Below, one piece after another: positions 1-9,097 of a stretch of DNA of 41,240 bases. The stretch is from sequence record SRR31156797_10280, one strand, 5' to 3'. The notes under the pieces are model-generated. The model did not search any database and was not told where the DNA came from. It saw only the letters and a list, made by a program, of their open reading frames with translations. The first letter of the stretch is position 1. Each line of letters opens with the position of its first letter. A program made the translations under genes and the position numbers.

Positions 1-46
1 ACTACGGATATGAGCCGTATGCTCTAACCACCTGAGCTACACCGCC
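1..46 (-). tRNA. tRNA-Met(CAT), elongator type, 5' portion (truncated by window edge)
   Basis: Reverse complement GGCGGTGTAGCTCAGGTGGTTAGAGCATACGGCTCATATCCGTAGT: D-arm GCTC..GAGC, anticodon stem TACGG/CCGTA with loop CTCATAT. The G1 start and lack of a GGG/CCC anticodon stem argue against initiator tRNA. Confidence 0.9.
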
Positions 47-96
47 AACAGGGATAATTGATATACCCCATCTTTTATGTTCAGTCAACCAAAAAC

Positions 97-1215
97 TTAT
101 TCAGCAGGAACAAATTCACCATTTTTTATCTCTGCAATGATGAAAGAATCTTTTGAGAGACCTGTGTGATCTTTGTCAGACATATTGAACTCGCCAGCAG
201 TTCCCATAAAGCCTTTTACCTGAGAAAGTGCCTCTGCAAGTTCTACTCTGTCATTGCCTGATTTTGCTATAGCAGCAGCGAAAAGTCCGAATGCATCGTA
301 AGAGTGACCACCGAAAACAGATACTGCGCCGCCAAATTTTGACTCGTAGTCGTTTTTATACTTCATAAGCATAGATTTAAATCTGTCACCGTCAGAAAGC
401 TTGTCAGCGACGATGAGCCTGCCCGCTGTGAGTTTAATGCCGTTAGCAGCATCGCCAGCGAGACCGATAAACTTTTTAGAAGCGATACCTTGTGTCATAT
501 AGAGATCGCCTATGCCGAGAGCTTTTGCGTTTCTAGCTACTATGGCAGGAGCCGCACCAGCCGCCCAGCAGATGACTGCATGAGGCTTTGTAGATTTTAT
601 CTTAGAGAGCTGAGCTGTCATGTCTTTGTCGGTGTCCATGAATTTTTCGTCAGCAACAATATTAATGCCGAAGCGGTGAGCATGTTTAAGAACTGCCTCA
701 CGCCCTGTGGCTCCGTATCCGCTCTGAGCTGAGATGAGTGCGATGTTTGTTTTGCCGTGAGCTTTGAGGTAGTCGAAAAGCTTCTCTGCCACGTGGATGT
801 CGGATTGTGGCGTCTTATATACGTATTTATCAGCAGGTGTAACGATCTTAGCAGATGCCGCACATGCGATGAGTGGTAATTTATATTTAGAAGCGAGACC
901 TTTTATAGCGAGAGCGCAACCAGTACGGCTAGGTCCGAGGACTGCGACCACTTTATCTTTTGTTGCGAGTCTTTTAAAGTAAGAGATAGCTCTGTCTTCA
1001 CGACCTTGTGTATCATATATATAGAGCTTAATTTTTTCACCGTTGATTCCGCCAGCTTTGTTGATCTGGTCAACGAGCATTTCTGCGGTGAGTTTCTCAG
1101 GATTTCCGAGGAAACTGGCTGGACCTGTTACTGCAAAAAGTCCGCCGAGCCTTATCTCTGCAAATGCTGTGATAGAAAAGCAGAGGATCAATGTTACGAG
1201 TAATAATTTTTTCAT
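97..1215 (-). CDS. ABC transporter periplasmic substrate-binding protein, LIV/Peripla_BP_6 family (RPA1789/CouP-like), copy 1
   Basis: 372-aa ORF with signal peptide (AFA-E), motifs TGPASFLG, GGINGEKIKL, GHSYDA, DHTGL. Paralogous to the two upstream genes. Confidence 0.9.
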   Translation of the reverse strand: MKKLLLVTLILCFSITAFAEIRLGGLFAVTGPASFLGNPEKLTAEMLVDQINKAGGINGEKIKLYIYDTQGREDRAISYFKRLATKDKVVAVLGPSRTGCALAIKGLASKYKLPLIACAASAKIVTPADKYVYKTPQSDIHVAEKLFDYLKAHGKTNIALISAQSGYGATGREAVLKHAHRFGINIVADEKFMDTDKDMTAQLSKIKSTKPHAVICWAAGAAPAIVARNAKALGIGDLYMTQGIASKKFIGLAGDAANGIKLTAGRLIVADKLSDGDRFKSMLMKYKNDYESKFGGAVSVFGGHSYDAFGLFAAAIAKSGNDRVELAEALSQVKGFMGTAGEFNMSDKDHTGLSKDSFIIAEIKNGEFVPAE

Positions 1216-1415
1216 TGTTCAACACCCCTTAATTATTTTCAAATACTGTTATACACAATAGACATTCTTTTTAAAAGTTAAAAAGTAAAGTTTTTTCAAT
1301 GAGAGTATACATGAAAGTTCGTCTATAAAACTAAAAGTGTTGATAAGCAAGGATTGTATGAATTGTAATCTAATGTTTTGTTAAGTTTTACCGAACAGGG
1401 TTAAGAGTGTAGACG

Positions 1416-1451
1416 AAAAAAAAAGGCGGTCAGATATCTCTTTCCGCCCTT
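1416..1451 (-). terminator. Intrinsic terminator after SBP copy 2
   Basis: GGCGG...CCGCC stem followed by a 9-T run on the minus strand (A9 on +). Confidence 0.6.
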
Positions 1452-1472
1452 GAAGTTTAATTCATATTGAAC

Positions 1473-2591
1473 TTATTGGAGTGGCATGAATTGACCATCT
1501 TTGATCTCAAGCATTATTGCAGCTCCCTTTGATAGTCCGTTATGGTCAGTCTCTGTCATGTTAAACTCACCCGCTGTGCCGAGCTTACCTTTGAGGGTCT
1601 GGACAGCCTGAGCAAGCTTTGTTCTGTTGTTGCCAGCTATCATGTATGCTTCTTTGAAGAGCATGAAAGCATCGTAGGCGTGTCCGCCAAAAGGTGATAC
1701 AGAGCTTTTGTACTTAGCCTCGTAAGCCTTTTTGTACTCCATGAGGAGAGGCTTATATTTGTCACCGTCTGCGAGCTTATCAGCCACCACGATACGTCCT
1801 GCGGCGAGTTTTATTCCATTAGCCGCCTCACCAGCGAGCTTAATGAACTTAGGTGAAGCTACACCGTGAGACATATACATGTTTTTAATGCCGAGCTGTG
1901 TAGCGTTTCTGGCGACTATGGCAGGAGAACCGCCAGCCGCCCAGCAGATAACAGCGTCAGGCTTTTTATCTTTAATCTTAGACAGTTGAACAGTTACATC
2001 TTTATCTTTATCCATGTATTTTTCGTCAGCAACGATCTCTATGCCGTAGGAACCTGCGAGGTTGAGCACTGCCTCACGTCCTGTCTGGCCGAAACCGTTC
2101 TGGACAGATATAAGACCTACTTTCTTTACACCGATAGCTGACATGTAGCTGAAGATTCTTTCTGCGATGTGAGTGTCTGACTGAGGTGTCTTGTAAACGT
2201 AAAGGTTTGCAGGTGTTACGATTCTTGCAGATGCGGCACATGTTATAAGAGGGATCTTGAACGCAGCCGCACGAGCCTTAATAGCTAGTGATTCGCCTGT
2301 TGTTGAAGGTCCGAGGATAGCGAGAACATTATCCTTTTTAGCGAGCCTGTTAAGGTAGTTGATCGCTCTGTCTTCACGGGCTTGTGTGTCGTATACAAAT
2401 AGTTTGATCTTTTCGCCGTTGATTCCGCCTGCGGCGTTGATCTCTTCAACGAGCATCTCAGCTGTAAGCTTCTCAGGGTTTCCGAGGAAGCTTGCAGGGC
2501 CTGTTACAGCGAACAGTGCGCCTAGTCTGATCTCTGCGAATGCTGTAAATGAAAAACAGAGCATAATCGCAATAAGTGTGAGCTTTTTCAT
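1473..2591 (-). CDS. ABC transporter substrate-binding protein, LIV/Peripla_BP_6 family, copy 2
   Basis: 372 aa, signal peptide, same motifs (GPSTTGES, GHAYDA, DHNGL), GGGAG SD. Confidence 0.9.
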   Translation of the reverse strand: MKKLTLIAIMLCFSFTAFAEIRLGALFAVTGPASFLGNPEKLTAEMLVEEINAAGGINGEKIKLFVYDTQAREDRAINYLNRLAKKDNVLAILGPSTTGESLAIKARAAAFKIPLITCAASARIVTPANLYVYKTPQSDTHIAERIFSYMSAIGVKKVGLISVQNGFGQTGREAVLNLAGSYGIEIVADEKYMDKDKDVTVQLSKIKDKKPDAVICWAAGGSPAIVARNATQLGIKNMYMSHGVASPKFIKLAGEAANGIKLAAGRIVVADKLADGDKYKPLLMEYKKAYEAKYKSSVSPFGGHAYDAFMLFKEAYMIAGNNRTKLAQAVQTLKGKLGTAGEFNMTETDHNGLSKGAAIMLEIKDGQFMPLQ

Positions 2592-2640
2592 AGTTATCTC
2601 CCTTTATAAAATCTTTAGCTGTTCTACATCAGCTAAAAAA

Positions 2641-3759
2641 TTAGTTTATAGGTGTGAACTGACCGTCTTTGATTTCAAGCATGATCGCCGCTTCTTTAGT
2701 GAGCCCGTTGTGGTCTGTTGCTGACATGCTGTATGTACCTGTTGTCGCCATGACATTTGTAAGTGTCTGGAGTGTGTTGGCTATTTTTGTTTTGTCCTTT
2801 CCAGCCTTCTCTACTGCCGCTTTGAAGAGCATAAATGCGTCGTTTGCATATCCGCCGAAAGGTGACACTGTTGTATTGTATTTCGCCTCGTAAGCGTTCT
2901 TGTAAGCCATGATAGTTGATTTATATTTGTCGCTGTCGGAGAGCTTCTCTGCTACTCCTATACGTCCTGCGGCGAGCTTTATGCCGTTAGCCGCTTCACC
3001 AGCGAGCTTGATGAACTTAGGTGATGCAACACCATGGGACATATACATATTATCTATACCTAGCTGTGCCGCATTTCTGGCAACGATGGCAGGTGAACCG
3101 CCAGCCGCCCAGCAGAGGACAGCGTCAGGTTTTTTCGCTTTGATTTTAGAAAGCTGAACAGTTACGTCTTTGTCTTTATCCATATATTTCTCATCAGCAA
3201 CTATCTCTATACCGTAAGACTTTGCTATATCCATCACTGCAACACGTCCTGTAGCTCCGAAACCGTTCTGTACAGTGATGAGTCCGAGTTTTTTAACGCC
3301 CTGCGCTTTCATATAATCGAAGATTCTACCTGCCACGTGTACGTCAGACTGTGGTGTTTTGTATATGTAAGTATTTGCTGGTGTAACGATTTTTGCAGAT
3401 GCCGCACAGGATATAAGAGGGATCTTAAACCCTGCCGCACGAGCTTTGATAGCGAGTGATTCGCCGGTTGTGGATGGTCCGAGAATAGCAATTACTCTGT
3501 CCTTTTTTGCTAACCTGTTCAGATAGTTAATGGCTCTGTCTTCACGCCCCTGTGTGTCGTAAACGAAAAGCTTGATTTTTTCACCGTTGATGCCGCCAGC
3601 TTTATTTACCTGGTCAACAAGCATCTCAACAGTTAATTTTTCGGGGTTTCCGAGGAAACTTGCAGGACCAGTGACGGCAAACATTGCGCCTAGTCTGATC
3701 TCTGCGTAGGCGGAAATGGAAAAACATAGAATCATTAAGGTAATAAGAACTCTTTTCAT
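2641..3759 (-). CDS. ABC transporter substrate-binding protein, LIV/Peripla_BP_6 family, copy 3
   Basis: 372 aa, signal peptide, same motifs, GGGAG SD. Confidence 0.9.
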   Translation of the reverse strand: MKRVLITLMILCFSISAYAEIRLGAMFAVTGPASFLGNPEKLTVEMLVDQVNKAGGINGEKIKLFVYDTQGREDRAINYLNRLAKKDRVIAILGPSTTGESLAIKARAAGFKIPLISCAASAKIVTPANTYIYKTPQSDVHVAGRIFDYMKAQGVKKLGLITVQNGFGATGRVAVMDIAKSYGIEIVADEKYMDKDKDVTVQLSKIKAKKPDAVLCWAAGGSPAIVARNAAQLGIDNMYMSHGVASPKFIKLAGEAANGIKLAAGRIGVAEKLSDSDKYKSTIMAYKNAYEAKYNTTVSPFGGYANDAFMLFKAAVEKAGKDKTKIANTLQTLTNVMATTGTYSMSATDHNGLTKEAAIMLEIKDGQFTPIN

Positions 3760-3937
3760 TAAAACTCTCCCAATTAATACATTAAATTTATTGTCTTAGT
3801 TAAAAAATATTACTCATTATTCAGAAATGAATCACCTCTAAACCATTTTCTGAAAAAGTCCCCGAGTATACACTAAAATTTCATAAAATTAAACAGTGTT
3901 TAGTTAGATTTAATATTTTTTTCGAATTTTTCGAACA

Positions 3938-3965
3938 TTGACATGTTAAGGATAAAGGCTATTGT
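3938..3965 (+). promoter_or_regulatory. Putative sigma70 promoter of the RTX-like gene
   Basis: TTGACA-16 nt-TATTGT, immediately preceded by the dyad TTCGAA-TTT-TTCGAA (3921-3935). Confidence 0.45.
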
Positions 3966-3990
3966 TAAAACCATTGATTGGAGGAATGTC

Positions 3991-4638
3991 ATGAAAAGAA
4001 GGCGTATTATTATAATTGCGATTATTTGTGTTTTAGCATTTATTTTTTTCAGCAGGGATAACCGTAAAGATTTTGCAGCTAAATATGCTATGAATGGCGG
4101 CTCTACAACTGGGTTTGGTGTTGTGAGCGGCGGAAGCGGTAACGACACTATCAACGGCCACGGGGTATTAAGCGGTGGCGATGGTGACGATACAATCAGT
4201 GGTAACGGAACAATCAGCGGCGGGAACGGTAATGATACCCTCACGGGGAATGGGGTTCTGGATGGCGGTGCTGGCGATGACATTATAAATGTCCACAATG
4301 GCCTGGTTATAGGCGGAAGGGGCGATGATAAGATAACTGTTCTTTACGGTAAGTTCTCAATTGGCGAAGACTGTGAGATATCATATAAGAAGGGCGACGG
4401 GGACGACACTGTGATAACTAACGGTCAGAAAGTGACGTTGAAAATGAAGAATATATCTAAGAAGAATGTAGAGATTATAAAGACTATGAATAGTGAAACG
4501 GGCTATGAGGAGCTGTCTGTTAATATGAAGGATGGAAGCGGAAGCATCACCTTTGTTTCGAGCAGAGAGCATAAGAGCATTAAGTCTTTTCTGCCTGATA
4601 AAGTAGAATTTGCTGATGATACTCTAAAATTTAATTAA
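3991..4638 (+). CDS. Small Ca-binding RTX/hemolysin-type repeat protein with N-terminal signal or membrane anchor
   Basis: GGAGG SD before ATG 3991 (the ORF track starts at 3943). KRRR plus hydrophobic helix, five GGxGxD motifs, C-terminal segment ending KVEFADD. Confidence 0.75.
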   Translation: MKRRRIIIIAIICVLAFIFFSRDNRKDFAAKYAMNGGSTTGFGVVSGGSGNDTINGHGVLSGGDGDDTISGNGTISGGNGNDTLTGNGVLDGGAGDDIINVHNGLVIGGRGDDKITVLYGKFSIGEDCEISYKKGDGDDTVITNGQKVTLKMKNISKKNVEIIKTMNSETGYEELSVNMKDGSGSITFVSSREHKSIKSFLPDKVEFADDTLKFN

Positions 4639-4661
4639 GTATAATTCTCTTTAACCGATTA
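4635..4661 (+). promoter_or_regulatory. Putative sigma28 (FliA) promoter
   Basis: TTAA-15 nt-ACCGATTA versus consensus TAAA-N15-GCCGATAA, just upstream of the yjfB-like gene. Confidence 0.6.
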
Positions 4662-4683
4662 GACGATTAAGGAGAATATGCAC

Positions 4684-4890
4684 ATGGATATGACAACATC
4701 TCTTATAAGTTCGATATCTGATATGAAGACCGCTGAAACCTCTTATGAGGCTAGTATAAAAGTTGCGAAAAAGGCTCTTGATGTGCAGAAGCAGACAGGT
4801 GAATCTGTTATGAGACTGCTCGAGAGTGGTGATGTAAACAGAGCGAAAGAGGGTGCGCCGACAGGCTCGAACATAGACCTTTTAGCTTAA
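4684..4890 (+). CDS. YjfB-family putative motility protein
   Basis: Short ORF with SIKVAKKALDVQKQTG...LLES...GSNID, typical of the family. AAGGAG SD spacing favours ATG 4684 over 4678. Confidence 0.7.
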   Translation: MDMTTSLISSISDMKTAETSYEASIKVAKKALDVQKQTGESVMRLLESGDVNRAKEGAPTGSNIDLLA

Positions 4891-4899
4891 GCTTTATAG

Positions 4900-4927
4900 A
4901 AAAAGGGAGCACGTGACAGCGCTTCCT
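4900..4927 (-). terminator. Intrinsic terminator between convergent yjfB-like gene and ispF
   Basis: Minus strand AGGAAGCGC-loop-GTGCTCCCT followed by a T run. Confidence 0.5.
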
Positions 4928-5012
4928 GCTATGCCGTTTTTATGGTTCAGCCATATGTTTTCTCTCTGGAATAATAAACAGAAGATAAATTATAATGACT
5001 GAAAAAAGTTTG

Positions 5013-5489
5013 TTATTTTATTAAGGTTGCAACTGCCAGAGAGGCGATACCTTCACCACGACCGGTAAAACCCATTTTTTCAGTGGTAGTAGCTTTAATG
5101 GTGATATCGTCAAAGTCGATAGAGATGACTTTTGAAAGAATTTCACGCATTTCAGGTATATATTTTGCCATTCTAGGCTTCTGAGCTATTATTTCAGCAT
5201 CGATATTTGATATTTCGTAACCAGATTCGCGAATTAGCTCTACAGCATCTTTTAGAAGTATTTTCGAGTCGATGTTTTTATATTTATTATCTGTATCCGG
5301 AAAGAGGTTGCCTATGTCTTTGCCTAATGATGGACCAGCCAGCGCATCAACAATGGCGTGAATAAGCACATCCGCATCGCTATGTCCATCAAGCCCTATG
5401 TCGGATTCTATTTCAACACCGCCAATGATAAGTTTTCTGCCTGCTTTAAATCTGTGGGCGTCAAACCCTATCCCAGTTTTTATTTTCAT
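5013..5489 (-). CDS. ispF: 2-C-methyl-D-erythritol 2,4-cyclodiphosphate synthase
   Basis: GIGFDAH, GHSDADVLIHA, DIG..FPD, KATTTEKMGFTGRGEG motifs. Confidence 0.97.
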   Translation of the reverse strand: MKIKTGIGFDAHRFKAGRKLIIGGVEIESDIGLDGHSDADVLIHAIVDALAGPSLGKDIGNLFPDTDNKYKNIDSKILLKDAVELIRESGYEISNIDAEIIAQKPRMAKYIPEMREILSKVISIDFDDITIKATTTEKMGFTGRGEGIASLAVATLIK

Positions 5490-5542
5490 GTGCTATCCTC
5501 TAGCTATATAAATACAATATTTAATATAAAAGCGGTATTCAA

Positions 5543-7150
5543 ATGTGGAAAAAATATTTTGTAGTGATTTTACTTGGACTGTTAGTTTTTTTCAATGGAA
5601 GTTCGGCTGCAGAGGCTAAGCCTGAATCAGTCACAATAGCTTTCATAGAGCATGTTCCCCCTTCATGGTATCGGAATTCAGAGGGTGACCTTCAGGGGAT
5701 AGGTCCTGACTACTGGAGGCTCTGGAGTAAGAAAACTGGTATCAAGGTTATTTTTAGAATATCCTCTTGGCAGGATTCTCTCGATGCTGTTGCAGGTGGA
5801 GAAGCGGATATACACTCCGGTATGATCCCCTCAGATGAACGGCGTAAACTTTTTGATTATTCGGATAAAGAGTATTTCACAACCGAAGAATTTTTATATG
5901 TGCGTAAAGACCTTGGAATAAGCTCCCCCATCAGCCTTGATAAAATTCCGGTTCTAACTGATGGCGGTATCTCTATGAAAATGCTTAAAGACAGATATAA
6001 AAATATCATTCTGATAAACGCTGAGAGCTATGATGTCATTGTGGATCAGATAAAGAATAAAACCGCCGATGCCTTTGTTATGGATGACATTATAGCTGCT
6101 TATCATATGGCTAATGTCGATTCTATCATTAAATACGAAAAGATATACTCAGTTTTCAAACAGTCGCTCATGCCAGCTGTACAAAAAGGTAATAGTGAGA
6201 TGCTCAGGGTGTTAAACGACGGGCAGAATCTCATAACTGATGAAGAGTACAATTTAATATTAGAGAAGTATATCGCAACAAGGGTTGAATACCCAGAGTG
6301 GTTTGCGAAATATTTTCCGATAGCGCTGATATCTATGGTTGGCGTTCTTCTTTTAATATACGCTTTTCTGCTCAGGTTTCAGGTGATGCATAAAACGAAA
6401 GAGCTCGCAGAAGCTGTGGAGAGCGAAAGAGAGCTAAGGCTTGAGAAGGAGTATCTTCTTATCCAGCAGAGCAGGCTGGCGAAGCTTGGTGAAATGGTAA
6501 ACGCAGTAACCCACCAGTGGAAACAGCCGCTAAATGCTATATCTATGCTGGCAAGCAGCCTTCAGGACGTTGAGTTTGAGGAGAAGATTGATAAGCGGTC
6601 GATCATCAGAGACGCAAACGATATTAGCAAGCAGGTAGATTTCATGGCGAAAACCATGGATGATTTTTCAGGATTCTCAAGCCCGCAGGGGCATCTGGAG
6701 GTTTTCTCTCTTTGTGAGGTGACTAAAAATGCTTTCAGTCTGATGGAATCCACTATCAGGTATAATAACGTTGATGTTGATATAGTATGTGTGGAAAATG
6801 TAGAAGTATGCGGTCCGAAACACGATTTTATCCATGTAATTCTCAACCTTATAAGCAATTCTCTCGAGGCTTTCAGAGCGAATGGTGTGAATAATCCTTT
6901 GATATCAATAAGTGCAGCCAGAGAAGATGAACACGAGGTTAAGCTGACATATTCAGACAATGGAGGCGGGCTTAAAGGTGTGACCCCTGAAGATATTTTT
7001 GAACCGTACATCTCAACAAAAGTTGATAAGTCGGGCTCAGGTATAGGTATGTACCTTTCAAAGAATATAATTGTAAAGCAGTTCAACGGCTCGATAGAAG
7101 TTGAGAGCAGCGGAGACACTACAACATTTTACATTGTGCTAAAAGGCTGA
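5543..7150 (+). CDS. Sensor histidine kinase with periplasmic family-3 (PBPb) binding domain
   Basis: Signal peptide, SBP_bac_3-like domain, one TM helix, H-box THQWKQPLN, N-box NLISNS, G-boxes DNGGG and GSGIGM. Confidence 0.9.
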   Translation: MWKKYFVVILLGLLVFFNGSSAAEAKPESVTIAFIEHVPPSWYRNSEGDLQGIGPDYWRLWSKKTGIKVIFRISSWQDSLDAVAGGEADIHSGMIPSDERRKLFDYSDKEYFTTEEFLYVRKDLGISSPISLDKIPVLTDGGISMKMLKDRYKNIILINAESYDVIVDQIKNKTADAFVMDDIIAAYHMANVDSIIKYEKIYSVFKQSLMPAVQKGNSEMLRVLNDGQNLITDEEYNLILEKYIATRVEYPEWFAKYFPIALISMVGVLLLIYAFLLRFQVMHKTKELAEAVESERELRLEKEYLLIQQSRLAKLGEMVNAVTHQWKQPLNAISMLASSLQDVEFEEKIDKRSIIRDANDISKQVDFMAKTMDDFSGFSSPQGHLEVFSLCEVTKNAFSLMESTIRYNNVDVDIVCVENVEVCGPKHDFIHVILNLISNSLEAFRANGVNNPLISISAAREDEHEVKLTYSDNGGGLKGVTPEDIFEPYISTKVDKSGSGIGMYLSKNIIVKQFNGSIEVESSGDTTTFYIVLKG

Positions 7151-7189
7151 TATCCTATAAATAACAAAATTTTTTAATTGGATGTTCTG

Positions 7190-9097
7190 ATGGAAATACC
7201 GATATTAGCTGACATTACCGTGATATTCGCCACAGCCGCAGTATCACTTGCGATATGCTCTAAACTTAAAGTACCTGAGATACTTGGATATCTCATCACT
7301 GGTGTACTTCTGGGGCCGCACGGGCTCTCTGTAATTCACGCACTTCATGAGATAGAGATGATGGCGGAGATAGGCGTTGTCCTTCTCCTTTTTGCTGTGG
7401 GGCTGGAGTTTTCACTTTCGCACCTTTTAGCACTTAAGAAGCCGGCTCTACTCGGAGGTGGTTTTCAGGTCGGAGTGACCGCTCTTGTGGGAGGCGGGGC
7501 TGTGTATTTTCTCGCAGGTCGTAATGTCCAGCTTGCTGTTCTGGCTGGGATGATGATATCTCTCTCATCTACAGCTATAGTTTTAAAGGTTCTCGCTGAA
7601 AGGGGGCAGACGGATTCACCCCACGGGCGTTTGTCCACTGCTGTTCTGATTTTTCAGGATATAGCAGTTATCCCTATGATGCTCGCTATACCTGTGCTGG
7701 CTGGTAACGGCGGCAATGTTTATACAGAGCTTGGCATCACAGGGCTTAAGGCTGTTCTTATCGTTGGTGCTGTCTTTGTCGGTGCTCGTACGCTTGTGCC
7801 GAAGGTTCTTTATCACGTGGCGGCTTCGAAGAATAGGGAGCTGTTTCTGCTGGTTGTTGTACTTGCCGGGCTTGGAACAGCATCACTAACATATAAGGCT
7901 GGGTTATCACTTGCACTCGGAGCTTTCCTCGCTGGTATTATGGTGAGTGAATCCGGATATGGTCAGCAGGCGTTAAGCAGTGTTATCCCGTTCAAAGATA
8001 TATTTACAGGATTTTTCTTTGTGTCTATCGGTATGTTGATAGACTTTCACATATATGCGACCTATCCGATACTTATAGTGTCTACTGCGCTTCTTATCCT
8101 TTTTGGTAAGTCTCTTATCTCGGCTTTATCGATACTGATACTGAAATATCCGCTAAAGACGGCGGTGGTGACGGGGCTTGCGCTGGGACAGGTGGGTGAA
8201 TTTTCATTCATCATGGCAAAAACAGGCGTTAGCGCCGGCGTGCTGACAGATGAGTATTATAAGTTCGCTGTTGCTGTGATAGTTCTCACTATGGCGGCGG
8301 CTCCTTTCGCTATCAAATACGGCGATGCTATCGCTATGAAGGTAGTTAAGCTCCCTTTCTCTAAAAAGGTAAAAGAGGGTGCACAGTCACTTGTCACAAG
8401 ACCTGAGAGGAACTTTGAGGATCACATAATTATCGTGGGCTACGGTTTAGCCGGACGACAGCTTGCAGCATCTTGCAGGCGTGAAGATGTTAAATTTATC
8501 GCCATAGAGATGAACCCTGAGACAGTTAAGAAGGAGTATGCGAAAGGGACCGACATCATGTACGGTGACGCTTCTTCAATTGAGGTTTTAGAACATGCTC
8601 ACCTCGGCTCTGCAAGGGCTATCGCTGTTACTGTTCCGGATCCTATAGCTGTTCGTAAAATAGTTGAAACCGCCCGTACGGAGCATCCTTATATACACAT
8701 AGTAGCGAGAACAAGATACGCTCTTGAGCTTGCGCCACTAAAAAAACTTGGTGCAAATGCTGTTATCTCTGAAGAGATAGAGTCAGCAAATCAGCTTGTT
8801 ACAGAGGTTATGGGGCGTTTCGAAACTGCCGGAGTAGATGTTTGTAATGAAGGGCTTCCGGATATTAATACCCGCAGGGTGACTGTTCCGGTAGGGTCAA
8901 AAGTTTGCGGTAAAAACCTGCGCACACTCGACCTTCGTTTCAGGCACGGCGTGACTATTCTCTCTGTTACCAGGGGTGGGAAGGTTCTGCCTAATCCCGC
9001 TTGTGATTTCACACTGATGGAGAGAGATGAGCTTCTTGTCATGGGTAGCGAAAAGTTTATTACTAAGCTTGGAGTTCTTCTAAAGGGGAAGGTGTGA
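7190..9097 (+). CDS. CPA2-family (Kef-type) K+/H+ antiporter with TrkA-N and TrkA-C domains
   Basis: SSTAIV, FQD, FFFVSIG, GEFSF motifs, GYGLAG Rossmann motif, C-terminal TrkA-C. Start ATG 7190 or TTG 7178. Confidence 0.9.
   Translation: MEIPILADITVIFATAAVSLAICSKLKVPEILGYLITGVLLGPHGLSVIHALHEIEMMAEIGVVLLLFAVGLEFSLSHLLALKKPALLGGGFQVGVTALVGGGAVYFLAGRNVQLAVLAGMMISLSSTAIVLKVLAERGQTDSPHGRLSTAVLIFQDIAVIPMMLAIPVLAGNGGNVYTELGITGLKAVLIVGAVFVGARTLVPKVLYHVAASKNRELFLLVVVLAGLGTASLTYKAGLSLALGAFLAGIMVSESGYGQQALSSVIPFKDIFTGFFFVSIGMLIDFHIYATYPILIVSTALLILFGKSLISALSILILKYPLKTAVVTGLALGQVGEFSFIMAKTGVSAGVLTDEYYKFAVAVIVLTMAAAPFAIKYGDAIAMKVVKLPFSKKVKEGAQSLVTRPERNFEDHIIIVGYGLAGRQLAASCRREDVKFIAIEMNPETVKKEYAKGTDIMYGDASSIEVLEHAHLGSARAIAVTVPDPIAVRKIVETARTEHPYIHIVARTRYALELAPLKKLGANAVISEEIESANQLVTEVMGRFETAGVDVCNEGLPDINTRRVTVPVGSKVCGKNLRTLDLRFRHGVTILSVTRGGKVLPNPACDFTLMERDELLVMGSEKFITKLGVLLKGKV

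Noticed and set aside
3821-3854. TTCAGAAATG...CATTTTCTGAA dyad resembling a CodY box or the 27-bp island sites
   Set aside because: Arm spacing fits neither; it is a single imperfect AT-rich instance.
3900-4298. Pro-rich 132-aa minus-strand ORF with PPLIVPLP repeats
   Set aside because: It is the antisense mirror of the Gly-rich RTX repeats; no independent evidence.
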